From the NCBI GenBank assembly GCA_013178285.1, contig JABLXD010000002.1, forward strand, positions 66,122 to 130,121: a DNA stretch of 64,000 nucleotides, read 5' to 3'. The DNA comes from Methanofastidiosum sp. (lineage in GTDB: Archaea; Methanobacteriota_B; Thermococci; Methanofastidiosales; Methanofastidiosaceae). The notes beneath the pieces are model-generated. The model saw nothing but the letters and a program-made list of their open reading frames with translations. It made no database searches and was not told the origin of the DNA. This document shows positions 38,715 to 49,042 of the stretch, in pieces (position 1 is the stretch's first letter; the number at the start of each line of letters is the position of its first letter). The position numbers and the translations under genes are program-made.

Positions 38715-39780
38715 CCAACAAAGCTATTGCAGGCTCTCCACCTTTTGGCCTATAGACAGAATCAAGATCAGGACATATCTTCCTTATTGCAGATTCTTCA
38801 CTTGACATGTATACTGTATTTTCATTTTTTCCTACTAGAAGCGGCCTAAGTTTTAATCTGTCCCCCAGACCCATTATACCATTTTCAAATCCTAAAATAA
38901 CTGAAAAGGGTCCTGTTAGTAGTGCACCTGCATAGGTCATCCTCAATGCTTTTAGAACCTCTCTCTTTTTTTCTTCCATTCTATCTATATCTACCCACAT
39001 TGGACTTGCAAGAATCTTGGATGCTAAGTTAAGGGGGAGACTATTCTTTCTGACTAAAAAATCAAAGAGATATGTAATTACTTCAGTATCTGTTACAAGA
39101 TTACACCTGTAACCATACATCTCGAGATATCTCCTATTGGTATCGTAAGAAGAGATTTCACCATTATGTACTATGGTCCAGTCAAGTAACCCAAATGGGT
39201 GTGCCCCGCCCCACCATCCAGGAGTATTTGTGGGGAATCTTCCATGGGCAGTCCATATGTATCCGCTATATTCTTCGAGGCGATAAAATTTACTTATATC
39301 TTCAGGGTATCCAACACCTTTGAAAACGCCCATGTTTTTTCCACTTGAAATTACATAAGCGCCATCTATATTGTTATTAATGTCCATTACTACTTTGAAG
39401 GTTTCTTCTCTTTCAGATTCCTTTGATAAAATATTTCTGTTTTTAACAAAGTATCTCCATAAAAGTGGTTTGTTGGGGAGATTTACAGAATTATCAGTCC
39501 TTATCTTTTCGTCGTATTCAATTAAAAAATGCTTATTAATTAAATCTTCAGTTTCTTCCTTAGCCTTGACAGAGTCAAAAAATAAATGAAATGCATAATC
39601 ATCTGGATAATCAGGGTATATGCCATAACCGGAAAATCCGCCACCCAGTCCATTTGCTCTGTCATGCATAACAGAAATTGCCTCTGTTATGACGCTGCCA
39701 CTGACCTTTTCTCCATCAGTATTAATTAATCCAAATATAGAGCAGCCTGAAATATCCTTCTCTTTAGGAAATTTGTTCAT
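38698..39780 (-). CDS. Glutamate synthase domain-1 (class-II glutamine amidotransferase) subunit
   Basis: 360 aa; Ntn-type CSIFGL catalytic Cys after 12-aa propeptide; first gene of glt cluster. Confidence 0.8.
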   Translation of the reverse strand: MNKFPKEKDISGCSIFGLINTDGEKVSGSVITEAISVMHDRANGLGGGFSGYGIYPDYPDDYAFHLFFDSVKAKEETEDLINKHFLIEYDEKIRTDNSVNLPNKPLLWRYFVKNRNILSKESEREETFKVVMDINNNIDGAYVISSGKNMGVFKGVGYPEDISKFYRLEEYSGYIWTAHGRFPTNTPGWWGGAHPFGLLDWTIVHNGEISSYDTNRRYLEMYGYRCNLVTDTEVITYLFDFLVRKNSLPLNLASKILASPMWVDIDRMEEKKREVLKALRMTYAGALLTGPFSVILGFENGIMGLGDRLKLRPLLVGKNENTVYMSSEESAIRKICPDLDSVYRPKGGEPAIALLDGNYV

Positions 39781-39894
39781 AATAAAAGCATAAAAGAAAA
39801 TATATATATTAATATCTATTAATTAATGGCCATATTAAGCCAAAAAATAAATTATTTATACCTATTAAGGACATATATTGTAGATATAGTTAGA

Positions 39895-41568
39895 CTAGAG
39901 CAGACCTTTTATATTTCCCTTATCATCAATGTCCATTTTTACAGCTGCAGGAGACCTTGATAATCCAGGCATTAGATTAATATTTCCACAAACTACGACA
40001 ATGTATCCTGCACCACTTGCAAGTTCAACATCTGTTACCTCAAGATCAAATGGTGGCGGAACTCCAATAAGGTTCTTGTCATCAGATAAAGACATTTGAG
40101 TTTTAGCTATGCAGACTGGAAGATTTCCATATCCCAACTTTTTGTATAATTCGATTTTTTTCTTCGGTTTAGTTTCAAATATTACGCGTTTTGCTCCATA
40201 GATCTTTTTAGCAATTATATCTACCTTTTTTTCAATATCGTCAGTTAGTTCGTATAGTGGCTTGAAATTATTCTTTTGTTTCGACAATTCTAGCACTATA
40301 TTTGCAAGTTCTAAGCCACCCTTTCCCCCCTCTGAGAACATTTTAGAGAGGGCTACAGGAACTTCTTTCTTTGAGCAAAGAGATTTTATCATTTCTATTT
40401 CTTGATCCCTATCAAAATCAAATTTGTTAATAGATACAACTACCGGAACTCCAAAAAGTTTCAGATTATCAATATGCTTTTCAACATTTTTTAAACCTTT
40501 TATGAAGGCTTCTTCATCATGATAAGTAATAATATCTTTTAATCCTCCATGGTATTTTATTGCCTTGCACGTAACAACAAGTACCACAGCAGAGGGACAA
40601 AAATCACCTTTTCTTGAGACAACATTCAAAAACTTTTCTGCGCCTAAATCTGCACCAAATCCAGCTTCAATTATGGCAAAATCTGCCAATTTCAAGGCAA
40701 TATTGGTGGCAACTATAGAATTTGTTCCTATAGATATATTTGCAAAAGGCCCGCCATGAATAATGGCTGGTGTATGTTCAATTGTTTGAACAAGATTTGG
40801 TTTTAGTGCGTCCTTTAATATTGTAGCTAATGCACCTTCAACTTTTAAATCTCCGGCTTTTATGGGATTGCCTTTTCGGTCAAATGCAACAGTGATGTTG
40901 GAAAGTTTTTCTTTAAGGTCGATTATATCTTTTGAGAGACAAACAATTGACATTATCTCTGAAGCTGCAGTAATTATAAATTTGGATTCACGTGGAACAC
41001 CATTTCCTGAGCCACCTAGCCCTATAACAATATTCCTCAAGGCCCTATCATTCATGTCGATAGCCCGCGGCCATACAATATTGTTAATATCTATATCACG
41101 TTCATTTCCCATCAAGATATGTGTGTCAAGCATAGCTGCCAATAGATTGTGGGCAGCTTGGACTGCATGAATATCTCCTGTGAAATGTAAGTTAATGTCT
41201 TCCATAGGTAAAATTTGAGAGTATCCTCCTCCTGTTGCGCCACCTTTAACACCAAAAACAGGCCCCATTGATGGTTCTCTTAATGTAATGATCGTCTTTT
41301 TTCCAAGAATTGACAAAGCTTGGCCCAATCCTATTGTGGTAAGTGTCTTTCCTTCTCCATATGGGGTAGGATTCATTGCCGTAACTAATATTAAATGACC
41401 ATTGGTATTTTTTTCTGTAGTTTTTAAAATAGATAAATCTATTTTCGCTTTATATTTTCCGTAAAACTCGAGGTATTCAGTCCCAATTCCAGTTTTTCCG
41501 GATATTTTTTCTATTGGCCAAATATCGGCTTTTTTAGCAATGTCAATATCACTTTCCATTATAACCAT
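39895..41568 (-). CDS. fhs: Formate--tetrahydrofolate ligase
   Basis: 557 aa; NPTPYGEGKTLTTIGL P-loop signature of FTHFS. Confidence 0.9.
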   Translation of the reverse strand: MVIMESDIDIAKKADIWPIEKISGKTGIGTEYLEFYGKYKAKIDLSILKTTEKNTNGHLILVTAMNPTPYGEGKTLTTIGLGQALSILGKKTIITLREPSMGPVFGVKGGATGGGYSQILPMEDINLHFTGDIHAVQAAHNLLAAMLDTHILMGNERDIDINNIVWPRAIDMNDRALRNIVIGLGGSGNGVPRESKFIITAASEIMSIVCLSKDIIDLKEKLSNITVAFDRKGNPIKAGDLKVEGALATILKDALKPNLVQTIEHTPAIIHGGPFANISIGTNSIVATNIALKLADFAIIEAGFGADLGAEKFLNVVSRKGDFCPSAVVLVVTCKAIKYHGGLKDIITYHDEEAFIKGLKNVEKHIDNLKLFGVPVVVSINKFDFDRDQEIEMIKSLCSKKEVPVALSKMFSEGGKGGLELANIVLELSKQKNNFKPLYELTDDIEKKVDIIAKKIYGAKRVIFETKPKKKIELYKKLGYGNLPVCIAKTQMSLSDDKNLIGVPPPFDLEVTDVELASGAGYIVVVCGNINLMPGLSRSPAAVKMDIDDKGNIKGLL

Positions 41569-41622
41569 CTTGATTTCAGATTCAATTGTAAATCTTTTTA
41601 AAAAGTTTTCGTTATTTAATTT

Positions 41623-42186
41623 ATGCTTTCTAAGTCTGAACTAAGGGCCAGAGTTAAGGAAAAAATGAAAAACTTGGACTATTCTAAAAAAAATATTATG
41701 GATGAAAAAATAAGAAACAATGTCTACAAAATTCCCGAATACATTGATGCAGATATCATATTTTCATATGTGTCAAAAGAAAAAGAAGTTGATACTCTTG
41801 ATTTGATTGATCATTCAATAATCCAAGGGAAGATTGTATGCGTTCCTTTGACAAAGAAAGATAGCAATTCTCTTGAAGCTAGAAGAATTGACACCTTAAA
41901 TGATCTAAAAACGGGAAATTTCAATATCCTAGAGCCTAAAGAAGATACAAAAATTGTTGATCCTAACGAAATTGAAATTCTTTTTATCCCAGGACTAGCA
42001 TTTGGAATTGGGTGTGAAAGACTCGGGAGAGGTGGAGGCTATTTTGACAGGTTTTTATTACAATCTACGGGACTTAAAGTTGGGCTCGCATATGAGTTTC
42101 AAATTTTTGAATCTTTACCTATTCAAAAACATGATATAAAAATGGATATTATAATTACTGATGAAAGAATCATTAGCCACGTTTAA
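41623..42186 (+). CDS. 5-formyltetrahydrofolate cyclo-ligase
   Basis: 187 aa; GRGGGYFDRF signature. Confidence 0.8.
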   Translation: MLSKSELRARVKEKMKNLDYSKKNIMDEKIRNNVYKIPEYIDADIIFSYVSKEKEVDTLDLIDHSIIQGKIVCVPLTKKDSNSLEARRIDTLNDLKTGNFNILEPKEDTKIVDPNEIEILFIPGLAFGIGCERLGRGGGYFDRFLLQSTGLKVGLAYEFQIFESLPIQKHDIKMDIIITDERIISHV

Positions 42187-43294
42187 TAGAATAAACAAGA
42201 ATTATTGCCGGGAAAAGTATCATTGAAGCAAATGGATTAATTGCTAAAAATGAGGCAAGCGCAGGAAGACTTGATCCTGTTATCGTAGAAAGGTCTTGAC
42301 TTAGTGAAAAAGTAGAAAATATTGTACCTCTTTTTGAAACTTCAATAGACTCGCACAAAAATGAGTAACACCAAACGTCAATGAATGCCCCGGCTAAACC
42401 AATAAGCCCTGAAGCCAAAAAGAACAAAACAATATTATTAGATAGAAGTAGAGATACAATACCAGTTATATGTATTAATGCTCCCCATTTTATCCAAAAT
42501 CTTTTTGTTTCAACTTTTACATATCGCCCAATTAAGATCTCAGAAAAACCAAAAACTAATGACTCAAATGCTACAATTAAAGAAACTATAGATCCCGACA
42601 TCCCAAGTTTTCCTATGGCAAACCTTACAAAAAATATTAGAAATGCTGAAAAAACTGCAATATCAAATGTCTTGTACACTATAGGGTCCAGTACTTTTTT
42701 CAATGTTTCAACTGAAGGGTAACTTTTTTCTCTCAATTCAAATTTGAATTGGTTCATGAAAAATAGGTACATGGCTGAGATTGAAACTCCTATTATAAAC
42801 AAAGTATAAAAAGCTCCTTTCAGCCCAAGGAGATCAACAAATACTCCAGGAAGCAAAAGCCCAAATACCCATCCCAATCCAGAAACACCACCAAAAACAC
42901 TAACTTTCTTTTCAGGTTTTAGAGTTATAGGTCTGAGGGAGAAAATTATAACTACTGTCAAGAAAGTTGCAAGCGAAACTGCAACAAGAACTTGAAGCAG
43001 CGCTATATAAAGAATATTATTGGTAAATGAAATCATGAAAGCGGATATAGAAGACAATATCAAAGCAATTAACAACAAATATCTCTCTCCAATTCTATCA
43101 GAAAGAACTCCAATAACAGGCTTTAAGAAGAAAGAAACACCATCTCCTATAACAAATAATAATGCATATGGTAAAAGTGATATGCCCAATTTAGTAAAGT
43201 AAATACCAAAAAGGACCATTGTAAATCCATGAAAAAATGATTTATAGAATCCTAACATCGAGCCAAAGAACAATCTATTTGTTTCAACTGCCAA
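42173..43294 (-). CDS. MFS-type transporter
   Basis: 373 aa; 10-12 TM, GVLSDRIGERY MFS loop motif. Confidence 0.7.
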   Translation of the reverse strand: MAVETNRLFFGSMLGFYKSFFHGFTMVLFGIYFTKLGISLLPYALLFVIGDGVSFFLKPVIGVLSDRIGERYLLLIALILSSISAFMISFTNNILYIALLQVLVAVSLATFLTVVIIFSLRPITLKPEKKVSVFGGVSGLGWVFGLLLPGVFVDLLGLKGAFYTLFIIGVSISAMYLFFMNQFKFELREKSYPSVETLKKVLDPIVYKTFDIAVFSAFLIFFVRFAIGKLGMSGSIVSLIVAFESLVFGFSEILIGRYVKVETKRFWIKWGALIHITGIVSLLLSNNIVLFFLASGLIGLAGAFIDVWCYSFLCESIEVSKRGTIFSTFSLSQDLSTITGSSLPALASFLAINPFASMILFPAIILVYSIKRG

Positions 43295-44594
43295 GTAATT
43301 TCCTTCCTTTCAATATATATCCGGCTACGTAGATAGACCCAGTGATGAGTAATTTATCTTCATTTTTAAGGTTTGACACGCAATAGTCAAAAGCTTTTAG
43401 TGGGTCTTCAAAAGTTTTAATCTCTTTGAAATAGTTTCTTGCTTTTTCTTCAAGAATTTCAATATTTGCACATCTTGGAGGAATGGTTGTTAGGGCTATT
43501 CTTTTTGATATTTTCGAAAATTCTTTAAATATTCCATCTATGTCTTTATCTTGAGATATTCCAACTAGTAAAAGTGTTTTTGAATCTGTGAATAAGCTGT
43601 TATATGTATCAGAAAGGGACTTAGCTCCGGCCTCATTGTGTGCAACATCAACTAAAATCATGGGATTTCTTTTTAATATTTGAAATCTTCCGGGCCAGCT
43701 AGATTTTTCAAGACCTTTTCGTATTGATTGTTCTTTTATTTCAAATCCTAAGGAGTCTAGTGATTCTGCTAAACTTATAGCACATGCGGCATTTGTTATT
43801 TGATGCCTTCCAATCATTCTAATTTCAACATCCTTGAACAGATTTTCTTTAGAACGATAGTCGAAGACAGACCCATCAAAGCTAATCCTCTTCTCCCTTA
43901 CTTCAAAATCTCTATTGAGTAATTTTAGTGAAGCATTTTTCTCGATGCATATCTTTTCAAGCAAAGGGGTCAATTCTAAATCAATGCAAGAAGAAACTAT
44001 AGATCCTTTTTTTATTATTCCTGCTTTTTCAATCAATATTTCTTCCTTGCTGTTGCCCAGTATTTCTTGATGATCGAGAGAGATATTTGTAATTGCAATT
44101 GCTTTGCCATTCAATATATTAGTGGCATCGAGCCTGCCCCCAAGTCCAACTTCAGAGACTATAAAATCAACTTTCTTTTCAGCAAAATAAATAATAGAAA
44201 CTGCAGTAAGTACTTCAAAAAAAGTAGGGCTTCCAATATCTCCTATTTTTTCTGCTTCCTCGCAATAAGATTTTAAGTTGTAAAGAATCCTATCAAAATC
44301 CTTTGGAGAGATATTTTTATTTCCAATTTTTATTCTTTCGTATATATCAATTAAATGTGGGGAAATATAAGATCCAACTTTATAGTTAGATTGAGACAAT
44401 ATTTCTGAAATAAAAGTAACAACTGAACCCTTTCCATTTGTTCCAGCAATATGAACTACGGGTATATCTTCCCAATTTGTTCCACTTTTTTTGAGAAGAA
44501 ATCTTATTCTTTCAAGTCCAAGTTTAGAGTTTAGTCGTTCGAGACCCGGTTTAGAACCAATTAACTTCAACGACTCTAAAAAATCATCTTGCAC
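43284..44594 (-). CDS. folC: Folylpolyglutamate synthase / dihydrofolate synthase (Mur ligase family)
   Basis: 436 aa; VVHIAGTNGKGSV P-loop, Mur-ligase middle/C domains. Confidence 0.8.
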   Translation of the reverse strand: MQDDFLESLKLIGSKPGLERLNSKLGLERIRFLLKKSGTNWEDIPVVHIAGTNGKGSVVTFISEILSQSNYKVGSYISPHLIDIYERIKIGNKNISPKDFDRILYNLKSYCEEAEKIGDIGSPTFFEVLTAVSIIYFAEKKVDFIVSEVGLGGRLDATNILNGKAIAITNISLDHQEILGNSKEEILIEKAGIIKKGSIVSSCIDLELTPLLEKICIEKNASLKLLNRDFEVREKRISFDGSVFDYRSKENLFKDVEIRMIGRHQITNAACAISLAESLDSLGFEIKEQSIRKGLEKSSWPGRFQILKRNPMILVDVAHNEAGAKSLSDTYNSLFTDSKTLLLVGISQDKDIDGIFKEFSKISKRIALTTIPPRCANIEILEEKARNYFKEIKTFEDPLKAFDYCVSNLKNEDKLLITGSIYVAGYILKGRKLLGS

Positions 44595-45438
44595 AGTCGT
44601 TCTGTTTCAAGAAGCAGATTATAAGGTTTTCCAGAAGCATTGCTCTTGTCATAGGGCCAACTCCACCTGGAACTGGGGTTATATAAGATGTTTTTTTGCT
44701 GACCTCGTCATACTTGACATCACCTTTGACACCTTCTACATCACGAGTTATACCTACGTCAACTACAGCGGCCCCCTCCTTTACCATATCTGCTTTTAAA
44801 AAGTCAGTTCTTCCAACTCCAACGATTACAATGTCTGCATTTTTTGTCTTTTCTTTCAAGTCTTTAGTTTTTGTATGGACTACAGTTACAGTTCCACCAC
44901 GATTTATTAACATGGCAGCCAAGGGTTTTCCAATAATATTGCTTCTGTTAATTATTGTTATGTCTGCACCTTCAATAGGGACATTATATTCGTCTAGCAG
45001 TTTAACTACTCCTTTCGGAGTACATGGAAAAATATCTGCGATATTTAGAAGTATCTTACCAACATTAATGGGGGTAAATCCATCCACATCTTTTGTTGGA
45101 TCAATTTTTTCTAATATTTTATTGCTATCAATATGTTTAGGCAAAGGTAGCTGAACTAGGATACCATGGATATCAGACCTTTTATTTAAAATATCAATTA
45201 AAGAAAGAAGGCCTTCTTCAGAAATATCATCGTAATAAAATTCTTCATAATCAATACCAATCTTCTCAGAATCCTTCTTTTTAAGATTAACATATACCCT
45301 AGATGCAGGGTCATTTCCCACTAATACAGTTGCCAATTTAGGGTAAAGCCCTCTTTTTTTATAATCTGCAACTTTTCCTGAAAGTTCATTTATTACTTTC
45401 AGAGATAGGGCTTTCCCATCAAGTATTTTTGTAGTCAT
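44584..45438 (-). CDS. folD: Bifunctional methylenetetrahydrofolate dehydrogenase/methenyl-THF cyclohydrolase
   Basis: 284 aa; canonical FolD N-terminus (ILDGKAL), YVNLKKK, GVGPMT. Confidence 0.9.
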   Translation of the reverse strand: MTTKILDGKALSLKVINELSGKVADYKKRGLYPKLATVLVGNDPASRVYVNLKKKDSEKIGIDYEEFYYDDISEEGLLSLIDILNKRSDIHGILVQLPLPKHIDSNKILEKIDPTKDVDGFTPINVGKILLNIADIFPCTPKGVVKLLDEYNVPIEGADITIINRSNIIGKPLAAMLINRGGTVTVVHTKTKDLKEKTKNADIVIVGVGRTDFLKADMVKEGAAVVDVGITRDVEGVKGDVKYDEVSKKTSYITPVPGGVGPMTRAMLLENLIICFLKQNDCAR

Positions 45439-46772
45439 AGATTTATTGGGAATTTTTTGCAGAGTTCCCTTACCTCCGCCCTTACTTTTTCAGGAGTGCA
45501 ATCATCCTTCTTTTGGAGTACTCTGTGTATCATACCGGCTATCTGTTTCATTTCTGGTTCTTTCATACCTCTGGAAGTAATGGCAGGAACTCCTAGCCTA
45601 AGGCCAGATGTGACATTGGGTGGTTTTGGGTCAAATGGTATTACATTTCTATTTGCTGTAATGCCTGCATTCTCTAATAACTCTTGAGCTTCTTTTCCAG
45701 TAATATCGTTTTTTCTTAAATCCATTAAAAGTAAGTGATTATCAGTTCCACCTGTGATAAGTTCATAGCCTAACGATATCAATTCATCAGACAAAACTTT
45801 ACAGTTATTTATAATCTGCCGTTGATAGTTAATGAAATCTTCTCCCATTGCTTCTTTGAAACAAACTGCTTTTGCGGCAATTGTGTGCATCATGGGGCCA
45901 CCTTGCGCAAATGGAAATACCGCTTTATCTATTGCTTTTTTGTGTTCTTCTTTGCAGAGTATTAATCCCCCTCTTGGGCCCCTTAGAGTCTTATGAGTGG
46001 TTGATGTTACAAAATCGCAGTAGGGCACAGGAGATTTATGCAATCCACATGCGACAAGACCTGCAATGTGGGCCATGTCTGCCATCAAAAGAGCGCCTAC
46101 TTCGTCAGCGATCTTTCTAAATTCTTTGAAATCTATCTCCCTTGGGTAAGAACTAGCGCCTGTTACAATAAGTTTAGGTTTTAATTCAATTGCTTTTTCT
46201 CTTACTTCGTTTAAATCGATTCTATAGGTATTTTTGTTAACGCCATAAAACTGAAAGTTATAAAATTTCCCGGAAAAATTAACAGGAGACCCGTGGGATA
46301 GATGCCCTCCGCAGGATAAATCCATTCCTAAAACTGTATCTCCAACTTCTAAACATGCGAAATAAACTGCCATATTGGCCTGTGTTCCTGAGTGAGGCTG
46401 TACGTTTGCATGGTCTGCCTTAAAAAGTTTTTTTGCCCTTTCAATTGCAAGAGACTCTGCGACATCGACAAATTTACATCCGCCATAATATCTTTTTCCA
46501 GGATATCCTTCAGCGTACTTATTTGTCATGACAGATCTTTGAGCTTCTAGAACTGCATTGCTTGTAAAATTTTCACTTGCTATGAGTTCAAGCCCCTCAT
46601 TTTGACGATTTATTTCTTCTTCAATCGCATTAAAAATTTCAACATCAACTTGATCTAATGATTTCATAAAATCACTACTATGATTAAAAACTTTTAAATC
46701 TCTTATAAATATTTTGCTATTAAGGGAAATTAACATATTGGTATATTTCTTTTTATGGCAGTAATATTTCAT
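45435..46772 (-). CDS. glyA: Serine hydroxymethyltransferase (ORF call N-terminally over-extended; likely start Met36 at ~46667)
   Basis: SHMT motifs [20 protein letters not shown]; first 35 codons AT-rich and unlike SHMT. Confidence 0.9.
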   Translation of the reverse strand: MKYYCHKKKYTNMLISLNSKIFIRDLKVFNHSSDFMKSLDQVDVEIFNAIEEEINRQNEGLELIASENFTSNAVLEAQRSVMTNKYAEGYPGKRYYGGCKFVDVAESLAIERAKKLFKADHANVQPHSGTQANMAVYFACLEVGDTVLGMDLSCGGHLSHGSPVNFSGKFYNFQFYGVNKNTYRIDLNEVREKAIELKPKLIVTGASSYPREIDFKEFRKIADEVGALLMADMAHIAGLVACGLHKSPVPYCDFVTSTTHKTLRGPRGGLILCKEEHKKAIDKAVFPFAQGGPMMHTIAAKAVCFKEAMGEDFINYQRQIINNCKVLSDELISLGYELITGGTDNHLLLMDLRKNDITGKEAQELLENAGITANRNVIPFDPKPPNVTSGLRLGVPAITSRGMKEPEMKQIAGMIHRVLQKKDDCTPEKVRAEVRELCKKFPINL

Positions 46773-46840
46773 AATAGATAATTTTATATACTGATTAGGT
46801 AGGATAATATATTATTCTGGCATGAAATAGAGGAATTACT

Positions 46841-47443
46841 ATGGTAAAAGATATATGTATTCTCAGGGGAAGAACTATAGATGAGCAAGAAAAATTAATC
46901 ATCAAAGCTTTGATAAGAAATCCCCGAAGCAGCGACAATCAAATAAGTAAAGCAACAAGAGTTCCAGTAAGAACTGTTTATAGAAAAAGGAAAAAATTAG
47001 AAGAAGAGGGAATCATACACTACTATCTAAATGTAAATTTAGATAAATCTGGTATAGGGAAAATTAATGCTAGACACCTCTATTTAATAAAATTCAAACT
47101 TGGCCTCCCTTACTCCCAATTTATCCAAGAGATCAATGAAGAGAACAATGTAAGGACGGTATTTACAGACCATATTTACCAATCTTTCCTTGCAGAAGTA
47201 GATGGAAGGGTAGCCCTTGTAATGATTTTAGAAGGGGAAAGAGATGAAGATATAGTAGAAAACTTCAACAAAATAATCGTTCCTTCTCTAAAGAAAAATC
47301 ATGGGCCAGATTCTATAGAAGATGTTCAGACAATTAGACTTTCAGACCCCATAAGATTCTTCCACAACTATATGCCTATGTTAAACATTAAAAATGGAAG
47401 AATAAGGGACGACTGGAGAGACGAATTACTCTTTATTACCTAA
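46841..47443 (+). CDS. Lrp/AsnC-type HTH transcriptional regulator with divergent C-terminal domain
   Basis: 200 aa; N-terminal wHTH (SDNQISKATRVPVRTVYRKRKKLEEEGII); C-terminus not RAM-like. Confidence 0.5.
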   Translation: MVKDICILRGRTIDEQEKLIIKALIRNPRSSDNQISKATRVPVRTVYRKRKKLEEEGIIHYYLNVNLDKSGIGKINARHLYLIKFKLGLPYSQFIQEINEENNVRTVFTDHIYQSFLAEVDGRVALVMILEGERDEDIVENFNKIIVPSLKKNHGPDSIEDVQTIRLSDPIRFFHNYMPMLNIKNGRIRDDWRDELLFIT

Positions 47444-47570
47444 TTTTTTTTGATTATTTTAGGCCACTTTTTCCTTTTTTTAGTCCTTATTAGACCTAAA
47501 TTAGCCATTATAAAACAGTAAGTATTAAATAGTAGATGATACTTCTCTTTTCTATCAAATACCTAGACAA

Positions 47571-48917
47571 ATGGGTAAATATAAAAAAAATTATTGGAGG
47601 AATAAAATGGACAAAGAGCAGGTAAAAAAAATAATTAAGGAAAAGAACATAAAATACGTAAGATTGCAATTTGTGGACATGCTTGGAATACCAAAGAACT
47701 TCTCGATATCAGTTGATCTTTTAGACTCTGTATTTGAATCTGGTATGGGTTTTGATAGTTCTTCAATTAAAGGATTTACAGACATATCCCACAGTGACAG
47801 CGTTTTGATGCCAGACCCAAACACATTTAAGATAATCCCATGGCTTGATGAAGCTAGAATCATCTGTGATGTATGTTACCCAACAACATTAAAGCCATTT
47901 GAAGGAGATCCAAGAAGTCTTTTGAAAAAAGAAATCCAGAAACTTGCAGAAGATAAAATGGAGTTCTATGTTGGGCCTGAGATAGAGTTTCACTTGTTAA
48001 AAGACGAAAATGGAAAACTTGTACCGCATGATACCGGTGGATACGCAGATTTCTCTCCTCTTGATCTTGGGGAGGAAATAAGAAACAAAGCAGGACTCTA
48101 TATGCAAATGATGGGTGTTAAAAGTGAGATTACCCACCACGAAGTAGGAAACGGTCAACACGAAATTGATTTCAGATTTAAAGAAAGTGCTCTTGAGGCT
48201 GCAGATGACGTTATCACCTACAAACAGGTAGTTAAGAACATAGCTGCTAAAGAAGGACTTGTAGTCACATACATGCCAAAACCATTCTATGGTCAGGCAG
48301 GAAACGGTATGCACTGTCACCAGAGTTTGTTCCAGAACGGCAGAAACATGTTCTATGATCCAAAGACAAAGAACTTATCTGATAAAGGTAGATGGTACAT
48401 AGGTGGAATTTTAAAGCATGCTAAAGCTCTTACTGCTATTTGTTCACCTTCAGTTAACTCTTATAAGAGATTAGTTCCAGGATACGAAGCACCTGTGTAC
48501 ATTTCATGGGGGTGGGCAAACAGGACAACACTAGTTAGATTGCCCGGATACGACCCAACTAACGAAAGGGCTCTTAGAATAGAGTTTAGATCTCCTGACC
48601 CAACATGTAACCCCTACCTTGCATTCACAGCCATGTTAAAAGCTGGAATGGACGGAATTGAAAATCAGATAGAACCTCCAGAGCCAGTTGATTACGATTT
48701 ATTCGAATTGTCCTTAGCTGAGTTGGAAGAAAGGGGGATAGAAACCCTACCAATAAACTTAGGAGAGGCTATAAAGGAGCTTGAAAAAGACAAGGTAGTA
48801 AAGGAATCTCTAGGTAAGCATATAGCTACTAAGTACATTGAGCACAAGAAAAAAGTTTGGGAAGAATACTCAATGTATGTTACCGACTGGGAGTTCCAGA
48901 AATATCTTAGATACTAA
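47571..48917 (+). CDS. glnA: Glutamine synthetase type I
   Basis: 448 aa; GS catalytic motifs (HCHQS, NPY, beta-grasp N-domain); start may be at second Met (47607). Confidence 0.9.
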   Translation: MGKYKKNYWRNKMDKEQVKKIIKEKNIKYVRLQFVDMLGIPKNFSISVDLLDSVFESGMGFDSSSIKGFTDISHSDSVLMPDPNTFKIIPWLDEARIICDVCYPTTLKPFEGDPRSLLKKEIQKLAEDKMEFYVGPEIEFHLLKDENGKLVPHDTGGYADFSPLDLGEEIRNKAGLYMQMMGVKSEITHHEVGNGQHEIDFRFKESALEAADDVITYKQVVKNIAAKEGLVVTYMPKPFYGQAGNGMHCHQSLFQNGRNMFYDPKTKNLSDKGRWYIGGILKHAKALTAICSPSVNSYKRLVPGYEAPVYISWGWANRTTLVRLPGYDPTNERALRIEFRSPDPTCNPYLAFTAMLKAGMDGIENQIEPPEPVDYDLFELSLAELEERGIETLPINLGEAIKELEKDKVVKESLGKHIATKYIEHKKKVWEEYSMYVTDWEFQKYLRY

Positions 48918-49042
48918 AAAATTTTATTTTTTATTAAATTTTTCTTTAAATTTTAATTAGTATAGACTATTTATATTATTTTTAAAAATGAGTTACATCA
49001 TAATCTAAAATCTTTTATATTTAAAGCGTTATTATATTATAG

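Noticed and set aside
47444-47570. NrpR-type GGAA-N6-TTCC operator upstream of glnA
   Set aside because: Looked for it in the glnA leader; only a poor GGCCACTTTTTCC approximation is present, not convincing.
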